Assembly: GCF_964213995.1 (NCBI RefSeq)
Contig: NC_135823.1
Location: 53,010,001-53,074,000, forward strand
Reading direction: 5' to 3'
DNA length: 64,000 bases
Origin: Mustelus asterias
Lineage: Eukaryota
Below the pieces are notes generated by a model, which saw only the letters and a program-made list of their open reading frames with translations, was not told the origin of the DNA and did not search any database. Made by a program: the position numbers and the translations under genes. Positions 12,930-24,796 of this stretch are shown piece after piece. Position 1 is the stretch's first letter. Each line of letters begins with the position of its first letter.

Positions 12930-13246
12930 AAGAATTCTACAGTGCAGAAGGAGGCCATTTGGCCCATCGAGTCTGCACCGACCACAATCCCACTCAGGCC
13001 CTATCCCCATAACCCCATGCATTTACTCCAGCTAGTCCCCCTGACACTTATGGACAATTTAGCATGGCCAATCCACCTAACCCGCACATCTTTGGACTGT
13101 GGGAGGAAACCGGAGCACCCGGAGGAAACCCAGACATGGGAAGAATGTGCAAACTCCGCACAGGCAGTGACCCAAGCTAGGAATTGAACCCAGGTCCCTG
13201 GCGCTGTGAGGCAGCAGCGCTAACCACAGCGCCACCATGCCGCCCT
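12930..13246 (-). mobile_element. HE1 V-SINE, CR1-like tail
   Basis: Family match. Confidence 0.9.
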
Positions 13247-13427
13247 ACATTTTTAGATTACACATTTTAGTTTAGTTTATTGCAGTAACTTCCTTTAGAG
13301 GTAGTGCTTGTAGATATAAAAACATAGAATCCCTACAGTGCAGAAGGAGGCCATTCGACCTATCAAGCCTGCACCAACAGCAACTCCCCCCAGGCTCTAT
13401 CTCCGTAACCCCAGGTATTTAGCCTGA

Positions 13428-13508
13428 TGAGATGCTGCCAGACCTGCTGAGATTTTCCAGCATTTTCTCTTTTGGTTTCAGATTCCAGCATCTGCAGTAA
13501 TTTGCTTT
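13428..13508 (+). mobile_element. Penelope-like family 2 3' fragment inserted in an HE1 SINE, 12-bp TSD
   Basis: TATTTAGCCTGA at 13416-13427 and 13509-13520. Confidence 0.7.
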
Positions 13509-13957
13509 TATTTAGCCTGACACGAAGGGACAATGTAGCATTGCTAACAACCTCACCCGAACATCTTTGGACTGACCAATTGAGTACATCTGACTTAAAC
13601 GTGGCTCACAAGCTTTTCAGGGGTTGTTTCTGAAAGGACAGATCACAAAGTGATAATCTCGGGGCAGGGACAGTGTTCTGGAGTGTGCAAAAAACTCACA
13701 AACCCAAACTCCTGAGAAATTCACTCAGATTAATTAGCTACAGGTATGGATTCCTACATATGTGCAGGGATCACCGTTCTCAATTAACTTGTTTAAACTG
13801 CAGGGGCTACACACTACATGTCCAGTTAGAGTCATCCTTTCCCACAGGGCCTGCCCATGCTTCTTTCCCAATGTAATGTTTAAATGTCCCGCAGCTATGC
13901 TCCTGATGCCAATAGTCTGGGGCCATCCTCAAATTCACTCCCAGGCTTGCGTTGAGT

Positions 13958-14190
13958 TAAAACGGAAAATGCTGGAGAATCTCAGCAGGTCTGACAGCAT
14001 CTGTGGAGAGAGAATAGAGCCAACGCTTCGAGTCTGGATGACCATTCATCAGAGCTGAAGACAAGGAAAATAGGACAGGATTTATACTGTGAGGATGAGG
14101 GGTGGTGGTGCTGTAGTTGATTGGAACGGCATAGACAAAAAGGACAAAGGGAATCTAAATGGTGATGATAAAGGCTAGGAATGATGCTCA
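13958..14190 (-). mobile_element. Penelope-like family 2 fragment with mutated hammerhead core
   Basis: Minus strand CTGATGA-A-TGGTC-ATCCA-GACTC-GAAG-CG-TT. Confidence 0.6.
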
Positions 14191-14574
14191 GAGCGTCCAT
14201 TAAGAGATTCTGTGTTGGGTTAGTTGAACTCATTTGACGATCAGCCTTCCAAAGGCCACTAGTGGAGTGGAGCTGGGGAAAGTGTTCAGCAGTGTCCTTG
14301 CTGCTGATGCTGCTGCAAAGTGATTGTCTCAATATTGAATGAGAGCAGGTAAAAGATAACACCTTATAAAACCTTGGGGATGGGAGGGTGTTTCAACACC
14401 TTTCACAGCCAATTAAGTACTTTTGCAGTGTGGTCTCTATTGTAATGTAGGAAACACACTTGCACACAGCAAGCTCACACAAATTGCAATGAAATAAATG
14501 ATGGGATAATCTGTTGGTTGAGGGACAATGTTGTTCAGGACAATGAGGAGAATGACCTTCCCCCCCTTCAAAAT

Positions 14575-14656
14575 AGTAAGAAGTCTCAAAACACCAGGTT
14601 AAAGTCCAACAGGTTTAGTTGGAATCACGAGCTTTTGGAGCACTTCTCCTTCATCA
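14575..14656 (-). mobile_element. Penelope-like family 1 fragment
   Basis: Matches the arm of the 17439-17660 element. Confidence 0.65.
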
Positions 14657-14979
14657 AAATAATGAGACCCTTTATGTCCAACTGAGACAGAGCCTAGCTT
14701 CCATTGGCACCTCAGACAGCACTCTCTCAGCACCACACGGAAAGATTGGGCTTATCTGTGATGGTCTCATGGTTAAATAGCAGACTCAGGCATCATGTGT
14801 GTTCAGGGGTTGGAGAGCAACTGATCTTTGTTGATTGTACCCCAAAATGAATTAGTGCCTTCATTGAGAAAAGGATAGGTAGTTTGAGAAACAGCGAATA
14901 CTGGGGTAAAAATTCTGACACACCTCCTCCTGGGATGTACCAGGAACCCATAATCGTAAAACCATACCTTCCCTTTAAT

Positions 14980-15598
14980 GAACAAAAGAACAAATAACAG
15001 TACAGCACAGGAAAAGGCCATTTGGCCCTCCAAGCCTGTGCCAATCATGACCATACTAACCAAACTAAAAAAAAAACCTTCTGCCCTTACTTGGTCCGTA
15101 TCCCTCTATTCCCTCCCTATTCATGTACCCATCCAGATGCCTCTCTTAAATGTTGCTAATGTGCCTTCTTCCACCACCTCCTCTGGCAGCGTGTTCCAGG
15201 CACCCACCACTCACTGCGTGAAAAACCTCCCCCGCACATCTCCCTTAAACTTTACCCCTCTCACCTTGAACCTGTGTCCCCTTGTAATTGGCACTTCCAC
15301 CCTGGGAAAAAGCCTCTGACTATCCACCCTATCTATGCCTCTCATCATTTTGTAGACCCCTATCAGGTCTCCCCTCAGCCCCCGTCTTTCCAGTGAAAAC
15401 AATCCTAGTTTATTCAACCTCTCCTCATAGCCAACACCCTTGAGACCAGGCAACATCCTGGTGAACTTTCTTTGCACTCTGTCCAAAGCTTCCACGTCCT
15501 TCTGGTAGTGTGGTGACCAGAACTGCATGCAATACTCCAAATGCGGTTGAACCAAGGTTTTATATAGCTGCAACATGATTAGCCAACTCTTGTTCTCA
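14980..15598 (-). mobile_element. CR1 LINE 3' fragment
   Basis: ORF 15211-15576 LYKTLVQPHLEYCMQFWSP. Confidence 0.88.
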
Positions 15599-16118
15599 AT
15601 GGGGTTGGAACTCGTGACAGTTCATATTCCTGGTATGTTCCAAAGGGGTGCAGGGAACTCTCACCCTCTTTTGTCAAGGGCAGATTTTCACAAGGAGACA
15701 CAGGACTGATGGTTTTAATTGACTAAATGCACGACAATAAACTCACGCTCAAAACCCTAATGGCATCCAACTCATGTCCAGTTGAAAAGATGTTGCATGT
15801 AAATAATATATGATCAGCAACTTGCAATACCTACCCATGGCTGCACTGTATTCCTGGGCAGGGAAGGCACTGACATACTGCCTGCTGTACATTGCACAGA
15901 GCACACTCATCTCCACCTCTTGCGAAAGAAAAAGAGAATGAAAACAGTTGCACTGCCAGCCCTGACCTACCCTGTTTTGGCTCATTGCTACAGAATGACT
16001 TGCTGCAAGTTTATTAACTCTGGCACTACCAGGTCTGTTAAAATTCAGAGTGCTTCTCCGCTGTCCTTGTGCCAGACTGAAGACCGTTCCAGAATGGCAG
16101 CATCACAGAATTGAAATT

Positions 16119-16845
16119 GTGTCAGTCATGGCTCAGTTGGCAGCACTTTTCAACCTCTGAGTCTAGCAGGTCGTAGGTTCACGTTCCACTCCAGAGACAT
16201 GAACATAGAATCCAGGCTGGCGTCATCGCTGTCTGTACCGACGGATTGTTGTATACTCGGAGGCGCCACCTTTCAGGTGAGGTATTAATCAGAGCTCTCT
16301 CCCTCCCTCTCTGGTGGACATCAAGCATCTCATGGCACTATTTCCAGTGGAGGTTCACGAGAATGATCCCTGGAATGAAAAACTTAACTTATGAGGAGCG
16401 TTTGAGGACTCTGGGTCTGTATTTGATAGAGTTTAGAGGGATAAGGGAAGGGGATCTCATTGAAACTTACATGATTGGTAAGGGGATCAAAGGGTAAAGG
16501 GAAAAGGTGGGAGAATGTGGTTGAGAAACATATCAGCCATGATTGAAAGGCGGAGCAGACTCAATGGGCCGAATGGCCTAATTCTGCTCCAATATCTTAT
16601 GGTCTTATTTCGAAGAGCAGCAGGGCAGTTCTACCCATGTTTCGGCCAATACTTATCACTCAACCAACATTTTACTGAAAAAGTTTTTTCTTGCAATTAT
16701 CACATTGCTGTTTGGGGATGCTTGTTGTTTGAAAATTGGATGCTGCATTTCTGCCACTACAACAGGAACTACACTTCAAAAATTTACTGCAAAGCCCTTT
16801 GAGACATCCAGAGGTCATTTAAGGTGCTATGTAAAGTCTTTTTCT
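16119..16845 (+). mobile_element. Deu-domain SINE with an inserted, internally deleted CR1 fragment (~16345-16605)
   Basis: Deu core resumes after the CR1 tail. Confidence 0.65.
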
Positions 16846-17438
16846 TCCTTGCCAACACAAGATCGAGACAAGTGACATAATGTGGGAAAAAAAAACGCTG
16901 AGTGAGTTTCTTTTCAAATGAAGTATTTGATTGAGAAGCTTAATCCCAGGCCCACTGTAGATAGATCTGCATTAGAAGTGGGAGGATTATATAATGAACT
17001 GCAAAAGAGCCGTGAGTCTTGTGCAGCACAAACTGTAGCAGCTGTTAGCACTTAAGAGCCACCATCGCTATCGGGATAGGCATGTCCCCGCACATTACAA
17101 CTTGGACTTTGTGCAACCTGTAAACTGACAGAGTGATGGCTCTTCAAACAGAAAAGCAGATTTCAAGCCAAAATGCCTGCACACAATTGAGCCGAGGTTG
17201 CCAAGCAGTGCGTGGACCTATTCCTCGAGGTTGGACGTGACATCCTATCAATGATCATTCCCTCCCCCCACCCTGGACCCCACACTGCCACCATTGGTCA
17301 CCCAATACATCCATCTGCCTGCCCACAGCCAATTGGAATGTTAAACCCTTCGTTACCTGATTGGATGATATCTGACTTGTCAGTCAGCCTCTTATTCCCC
17401 TCCCCATCTCCAATATGTTTCTATCTAATCATAACACA

Positions 17439-17660
17439 GTAAGTAGTCTCACAACACCAGATTAAAGTCCAACAGGCTTATTTGGTAGCACGAGCTTTCG
17501 GAGCGCTGCTCCTTCATCAGGTGAGTGACTCACTCGCTCACCTGGTGATGGGGCAATGCTCCGAAAGCTCATGCTACCAAATAAACCTGTTGGACTTTAA
17601 CCTGGTGTTGTGAGACTACTTAATGTGCCCACCCCAGTCCAATGCTGGCATCTCCACATT
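17439..17660. mobile_element. Penelope-like fold-back element, family 1, with ~35-nt unpaired tail
   Basis: ~88-bp inverted arms; imperfect TSD TAATCATAACACA/TAATAATAACACA. Confidence 0.75.
17489..17523 (-). ncRNA. minimal type I hammerhead ribozyme motif
   Basis: CAC-CUGAUGA-A-GGAGC-AGC-GCUCC-GAAA-GC-UC-GUG. Confidence 0.7.
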
Positions 17661-17802
17661 ATAATAATAACACAATAGAGAAACTCTTTCTGTAATTTCC
17701 CAATTATTTTTCTCCCATGTTGCTTGTAACCATGTCACCTTTAATTCCTGGAATCTTCAAGACAATCCGGGAGACTTGGCAACACCACAACGACCAGACT
17801 AG

Positions 17803-18096
17803 GTCGGCACAATGGCACAGCGCCAGGTCTCACAGCGCCAGGGACCCGGATTTGATCCCCGGCTTAGGTCACTGTCTGTGCAGAGTCTGCTAATTCTCCC
17901 CGTGTCTGTGTGGGTTTCCTCCGGGTGCACCGGTTTCCTCCCACAGTCTGAAAGACATGCTGGTTAGGTGCAATGGTCATGCTAAATTCTCCCTCAGTGT
18001 ACCCGAACAGGTGCCACCGTAGTGTGGCGGCTAGGGGATTTTCACAGTAACTTCATTGCAGTGTAAGCCTATTTGTGACACTAATAAACTTTAAAC
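17803..18096 (+). mobile_element. V-SINE type b
   Basis: Family match. Confidence 0.85.
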
Positions 18097-18750
18097 TGTG
18101 ACCGTCATTTCGGGTTTAGCTTTAAAATTAAAACATACACCCTCTCGCAAATAAAAACTGTCACTTAATATAATGACTGAATGAGGAACATTACAGCAGT
18201 TAATAATTCAAGTACTATATCTTATCTAGGTACAGAAAGAAAGCCCAATAATTACACTGAGTTCAAAGCAGAAGGAAAATTAAGGGGAGTATGTGTTCAA
18301 AGTACATGTAAAAATTATATGGACATATTCTCCTCCATTTTCAAGTAGACATGAATGTAAATTGGGGAACACCCACTATAAAATTAGCAAGACTAGGAAA
18401 ACATGTTCCATATATATCAAGATAAAAATAATTCATACCAACTGGGTACATGATAGATTTGGTTGAAGAAGGACATTCACCCCATTTGATCTTATCCTTC
18501 CAGAATATCAACCACATGATATTCCCATTACAGAATTCAGCTGTTGCTTAAATGAGTTACATCTCCTCCATCCTACTTGGCACTTAGCTACCCATTCCAG
18601 TCGCTGATCACTGTGTAAAGAAACGCTACCCGGTTTTGTGCACTGAACATGCCTTACACAAGCCTGAATCTATGCCTTGTTGGTCTGCTGTATTTGCAAG
18701 AATTGATCCACTTTTTCTTCCCCACCATCTTAAATGCCTCAAGAAGGTTC

Positions 18751-19127
18751 CATAAAACATTGGAGCAGAAGTAGGCCATTCGGCCCATCGAGTCTGCTCC
18801 GCCATTCAACGAGATCATGACTGATCTGATACAATCATTCTCAACCCCATTTTCTCGCCTTATCCCCATAACCCTTGATTCCCTTACGGACTAAAAATCT
18901 ATCTTTCTCAGCTTTGGACATACTTAACGAACCAGCCTCTACAGCCCTCTGCGGTAAAGAATTCCACAGATTCACTACCCTCTGAGAGAAGAAATTCCTC
19001 CTTATCTCTGTCTTAAATGGGCAACCCCTTATTCTGATTTATGCCTTCAGGTCCTAGACTCTCCCACAAGGGGAAACAACCTCTCAGCATCTACCCTGTC
19101 AAGTCCCCTGAGAATCCTGTATGTCTC
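18751..19127 (-). mobile_element. CR1 LINE 3' fragment
   Basis: TYRILRGLDRVDAERLFP remnant plus CR1 3' UTR. Confidence 0.85.
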
Positions 19128-19489
19128 AGTTTTGAAGGCCCCAAGCCTGTTCAATGTTCTATACTGATTGAAATAAACTGAGTTGCTCCAAGGCACAGGT
19201 AACATCCTACCATCAATGACAATACAGAAACAGGCCATTCGGCCCAAATGGACTATGCTGGTGATTCTACTCCACACACATATCACCCCACCAGCATATC
19301 CTTCTATTTTCTTCTCCCTTATTTATCCAACTTGCCCCTTACATGCATCCAGGCTATTTGTTTCAACTACTCCTTATGGTAGTGAGTGAGTTCCACATTC
19401 TCAGCACTCTGGGTAAAGACATTTCTCCTGAATTCCTCCATTGGATTAATTAGTGATTATCTCATATTGACTGACCTAGTTTTGGACTA

Positions 19490-19562
19490 CCCCCCCCCCC
19501 CCCCCGCCCCACCCCCCACGCACACACACACACACACACTCACACACACTCACACACACACC
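19490..19562 (+). repeat. poly-C plus (CA)n microsatellite
   Basis: Direct observation. Confidence 0.9.
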
Positions 19563-19957
19563 CATCCCCCGATTATTGTAACTTTTTGGGCAGTACTTCA
19601 AACATAGTGGGAGAACTGTAACTTCAGTGAAAGTCCAGAGTAACAACAGTTCTCCAAGTCTCTGCTGATTTTCCATCGGAGTTACAATGGATGATGGGGA
19701 GAAACTTGGGAAAGTTCAACTCTCAGTACTTTCAATCTTCCATTCTAAGTAAAAATATCCACACATATAAAAGCTGAATGAATGACAACATGTATTTCGA
19801 TCTAAAGTTTTGGAAAAGTATCCCATCAATATTCTCGGTCAGAAGGATGCGAATACAACTCCCTTCCCAAGGTCTGAGTACAAAATCCAAGCTGATACAT
19901 CCCGTAATGTTAGAAAGCCTTATTGTTGGGATACTGCCCTCTGTAAAGTGCCTTCAG

Positions 19958-20660
19958 TAATGTAAAGATAGTCATTGACTTCAGGAAGCGTAGTGGAGGG
20001 CATGTCCCTGTCTACATTAATGGGGACGAAGTAGAAATGGTCGAAAGCTTCAGGTTTTTAGGTGTCCAGATCACCTACAACCTGTCCTGGTCCCTCCATG
20101 CAGACGCTACAATTAAGAAAGCCCACCAACACCTCTACTTTCGCAGGAGGCTAAGGAAATTTGGCATGTCCGCTACAACTCTCACCAACTTCTACAGATG
20201 CACCATAGAAAGCATTCTTCCCAGTTGTATCACAGCTTGGTATGGTCCCTGCTCTGTCCAAGACCGCAATAAACTACAAAGCATCGTGAATGAAGCCCAG
20301 TCCATCATGCAAAACAGCTTCCAATCCATTGACACTGTCTACACTTTCCTCTGCCTAGGAAAAGCAGCCAGCATAATCAAGGACCCCACGCACCTCGGAC
20401 ATACTTAAAAAGATATAGAAGTCTGAGGTCATGTACCAACTGACTGAAAAAACTTCTTCCTTGCTGCCATCAGACCTTTGAATGGACTGTCCTCACATTA
20501 AGTTGATCTTTCTCTACACCCTAGCTATGACTGTAACATTACATTCTGCACCCTCTCCTTTCCTTCTCTATGAACGGTATGCTTTGTCTGTAAAGTGCAC
20601 AAGAAACAATACTTTCCACTGCATACTAATACATGTGACAATAATAAATCAAATCAAATC
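19958..20660 (+). mobile_element. Rex1/Babar-clade LINE 3' fragment
   Basis: ORF 20037-20408 VESFRFLGVQI...KKAHQHLYF.RRLRKFG...FYRCTIESIL; tail gtgacaataataaatcaaatcaaatc. Confidence 0.8.
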
Positions 20661-22356
20661 TCAATGGATCTCATGGCACTGTTTTGAACAAGAGCAGGGG
20701 AGTTCACCCTGGTGTCCCAGCCAATATTTATCCCTCACCCATCACTAAAATCTTATCATTAGCACATTTCCATTTGTCGGTTCTTGTTGTGCACACATTG
20801 CCACGTTTCTTACATTACAGCAGCGAGCACACTTCAAACGTTCTTGTGACATGGATGAAGGGATAGAGAGTGACATTTTAAAGTTTGCTGTCAATAAAAA
20901 ACAAAATGGGTGAGTATGTTTTCAAGAGGACACAAGGAGGCTGTAAAGGGATAACAGCAGGTTATGTGATTAGGCAGTAAGGCGGCAATTGGAGTGAAAG
21001 CAGGGAAAGGTTAGACCATTCATTTTAGCATGAAGAATAGGAAACCAATTTTTTTTAAATGTTGAGAAATTTCAGGACCTTGGTTTTGTTCCTTGTTCAA
21101 AAAACACAGAAAGCTTAATTTTCATTTCAGAAGCAAGAAACAACAAATCAAGCGTTTCCGGGCCCTGAACCCAACCCTAGGATGGGGGAAAAATGAAAAT
21201 TACCAGTTGGCCTCTCGCCAGTGCCTTAATTGGCTTATAATGAGCTGAATTGGTTGTCCACCTCAGTTGGCGAGCCAGTTTGCCAAACCTGCCTCCCCAA
21301 AATGACCAACACCATGAACAGAGGCAGGAAACTGGCACGTCAGCCAGCACCAGTGTTTCAGGCCCCATCCACCTCCAATGTCATTTGGCAGGGCTGCAAA
21401 TGGCATTTGGCCTTTATTGCAAGGGGGTTGGAAGTCTTTCTATCATTGTACAGGGATTGGTAAGATGACACCTAGAGCATTGTGCACAGTTTTGGTGTCC
21501 TTACTGAAGACACAATGCTGAGAGGCTATTTCCCCAGATGGGCAGTCTAGAACTAAGGGTAGGGCATAGTCTCAGGATAAAGGTTTGATCATGTAAGATG
21601 GGTTGTGAATCTTTGCAACTCTGTATCTCAGCAGGCTGTGGACTCTCAATCATTGGATATATTCAAGACTGAGATGGATAGATTTTTAAGGTGGGATTTC
21701 CCAGCCCCTCCCACTGGGAGGGGTTTGTGCCACTGCCAAAGTCAATGGGGATTTAAATGGATTGCTGCATTTGCCATGGTAAAATCTACTGGGGTGTTTC
21801 CGGAGATCCCAGCATTAGATTCTAGGAGAATCAAGGAATATAGGGATCGGGTAGGAAAGTGGAATTGAGGCTAATGGTCAGCCATGATCTTATTGAACAG
21901 GGTCAAGGGGCACAATGACCCACTCCCACTCCTATGTTTCACATTCTTAATGGCATTTTGCAACGTCCACAGAATGCGAAAGGTGCTATAGAAATGATCA
22001 TTTTTAAATGATTGCATTTCATAGGGACTGAAAATTATAACCCCAATTTCAAAGAAGCTCTCCCAATATCTCAAGGACTTTATTGAGTTAGCCGGATGGT
22101 GCAGGACACAATTGCCTGGTTCAATATCCTGTCCATGCTACAGTAGCCCATTTCAGCTGAAATTCGCTACAGCAATGTGCATTGTACAGAGCTAAATGGT
22201 AAAATATGCAACAAATAGTAAACTACTGCACTTTAAGGCACTTGGATTTGCTAGGTTACAGTGTCCTTGGCATCAAGTGGGTCCAATACCTTAAAGTATA
22301 ATTAAAATAATTCTCAGGATGTTGGCATTGCTGGCAAGGCCAGCATTCATTGTCCA

Positions 22357-22589
22357 TAACAAAAACAGAAAATGCTGGAAAATTCTCAGCAGGTCTGACT
22401 GCATTTGTGGGGAGAGAATAGAGCCAACGTTTCAAGTCTAGATGACCCTTCATCAGAGCTCTGGCGGAGGGTCATGTAGGCTCAAAACGTTGGCTCTATT
22501 GTCTCCCCACAGATGCTGAAAGACCTGTTGAGATTTTCCAGCATTTTCTGTTTTTGTTGCAGATTCCAGCTTCCGCAGTATTTTGCTTT
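22357..22589. mobile_element. Penelope-like fold-back element, family 2
   Basis: ~100-bp inverted arms centred on AGCT (22457-22460), unpaired 3' tail, degenerate TSD CATTCATTGTCCAT/CATTTATCGCCCAT. Confidence 0.75.
22422..22460 (-). ncRNA. minimal type I hammerhead ribozyme motif (family 2)
   Basis: AGCU-CUGAUGA-A-GGGUC-AUCUA-GACUU-GAAA-CG-UU-GGCU. Confidence 0.65.
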
Positions 22590-23139
22590 CATTTATCGCC
22601 CATCCTTGGTTGTTCTGAGGAGGTGGTGGTGGACCACCTTCTTGAGCCATTTCAAAAAAACAGCGAACAAAGTGGTTTGGGACTTCAATCACAACATGTA
22701 ACTGCAGCTTTCACTTCTGAAAAAGACATTCATGAACGAGTTGGGTTTTTGAAACAGTCTTGTGATTACTTTTACTAATTCTTGTAATTGCAAGGTCAAA
22801 TTAAAACAGAATTGAAATTCTCAAACAGCCATGGTGGAATTTGAATTCCCATCCACTCAATCAAGAGTCCAGTAACATAATCAAGGCTACCATATCCACA
22901 TTCCTGATGTGTCAGTCATGGCAGGAAAGACAGATTTTCAACCGAAAGATGGGGAAACAGCAAAGCTAAGTTAATCCCTCGCGTTGTTCCGTGCCGCAGC
23001 GATGCAACTTCCATAATGGGAGCTGAATAGCAGTATGGAGCAGACATTCAGGTCGATTCTCCCCGCAGAAACCCAAAAGAGGCCAACTACCACATCCTCA
23101 CCATTACGAAATTAACAGACTGGGGATGGGCAGGTTTGA

Positions 23140-23440
23140 AGGCGGCATGGTGGCACAGTTTGCTGCCTCACAGCGCCAGGGACCTGGGTTCGATTCCGGC
23201 CTCAGGTCACTGTCTGTATGGAGTTTGTACGTTCTCCGCATGTCTGCTTGGGTTTCCTCCCACAGTCCAAAAATGTACAGGTTAGGTGGATTGGCTATGC
23301 AAAATTCCCCCTTAGTGTCAGGGTGACGAGCAGGATTAATAAGTGGGGTTACGGGGATGAGGCCTGGGTGGGATTGTTGTTGGTGTAGGCTCAATGAGCC
23401 AAATGGCCTTCTTGTAGACTGTAGGGCGTCTATGATTCTA
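23140..23440 (+). mobile_element. HE1 V-SINE, CR1-like tail
   Basis: Family match with internal deletions. Confidence 0.85.
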
Positions 23441-23879
23441 AGTTGAGGCATGCCAGCTTTGTCAATACCAGCTAGTGCGGTTAACTATTAAATTATCAGA
23501 TGACCCGCATGCAGGGTTAAATTGTAGAGAACAACCCAGAGTGACGGACAGCATCATGAGAGCTCCCTTTAATCAATGCCCAACATATTTCTTTTTGTAA
23601 ATCACATCACCACTTAGTAGACAACACTTTCTTGAATATATTCAGGAGTTTAATTATTGTTGTGACCACATATTTTTAAAAATCAGTTTTCTTGTAGAGC
23701 TTGCTGCCCGTATTTTTATAGCGTTCATCGCAATAGATATTCTTGACCATTTCACACAGTCACGCATGTGAAATAAAAGTTAGAAAATACTTTTTCTTTA
23801 AAAGATGGAAATCATAAAATGTGGTATGACAGGCAAAAAACAAAAATAACATTTTCAGACTGTACAGGACCAGAAATAA

Positions 23880-24785
23880 CTTATTTTCCGGCTTTTCGTA
23901 TCATTTATTAATGCAAAATAATTTTACTTGAAATGCTTTAAATTAGAAAGGAGGAAGAGGAGAAGGGAAAGAAAGGAACATATATGAACCAAAAAGACTT
24001 CTTGGGGAATCTGTTTTTGCACCAATGCAATTTTCTGAACAGCTTGGTTAAAGATCATATTCTTCCAGTAAAATAAATCAACAATATGCTGCAAAGTCGT
24101 ACCTGCAGACTCCTAAATGCAATAAAATATACAAGTAGTCCACGGAATAATAAAACATTAAAAAGAGTACAGTAGAAGCAAGCTTAATATACACCCAATG
24201 GTGCGATAATAAACTCTTAACAGCCGTCTTCAAGGTTCCCAACCCCACCCCTGAAGAAGCTGCGTAGTTCATCAAAACAAGAACACTGTGCAAGATTGCT
24301 CCACAGTCTTGTGGATAAGCTCTGGAAAAGGAAGTACCAGTGGGGGCTTCTTGGATGGTCCGTGCCTCTCACTTGTGTAAGTCCCTTTGAGGCTTTTGGG
24401 AGACACGGCCTATTAACAAACAGCACCATTTTAAAAGTTCTTCATTATATGTTCTCCATTCACTTGAAACTATGTCCTTTCAGCAGCATTTCAGGCATTC
24501 TTCCCATTCTTTCGAATGCCTTTTTTTCCTCCATGTGTGTGTATATATAAAAAAAACCAAGATGCCTCCCATCAATTCACCGAGCAGTCCCATTCCACAA
24601 TGTTCCTCTTTATTGCCTTGGAGTTAAGACAGTTTTATTTTCAATTTGCTGGGAAAACAGTTCGATTGAGGGCAAAGGGAAATAACAGTCAAAAAAAAGC
24701 ACCTTTGGCATATAGGCTTTTGGATTGTAACAAAAGAGATGTACGTCCATGCCCCCCCCATTGTAAGTCCTCGTGTAGCTTATTT
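23880..24785 (-). other. PDGFA: PDGFA 3' UTR (AU-rich)
   Basis: TE-free AU-rich sequence after the exon 7 stop; the 3' end is inferred from a poly(A) signal. Confidence 0.7.
23904..23909 (-). terminator. candidate polyadenylation signal AATAAA
   Basis: TTTATT on + strand with a U-rich tract further downstream on the minus strand; another AATAAA lies at 24609-24614. Confidence 0.45.
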
Positions 24786-24796
24786 TCACCTCACAT
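24786..24796 (-). CDS. PDGFA: PDGFA exon 7 coding part (short isoform C-terminus DVR*)
   Basis: Acceptor ttcctcccttgcag followed by AT GTG AGG TGA. Confidence 0.93.

Noticed and set aside
2617-13246. Recurrent short ORFs (GVCTFSLCLRGFPPGAPVSSH, KPEHPEETHAD) and tRNA-like heads
   Set aside because: Translations of V-SINE copies; the heads are tRNA-derived promoters, not intact tRNA genes.
17439-17625. Hairpins as pre-miRNA genes or CRISPR-like repeats
   Set aside because: Dispersed multi-copy, TSD-flanked and ribozyme-bearing; no repeat-spacer array, and the context is eukaryotic.
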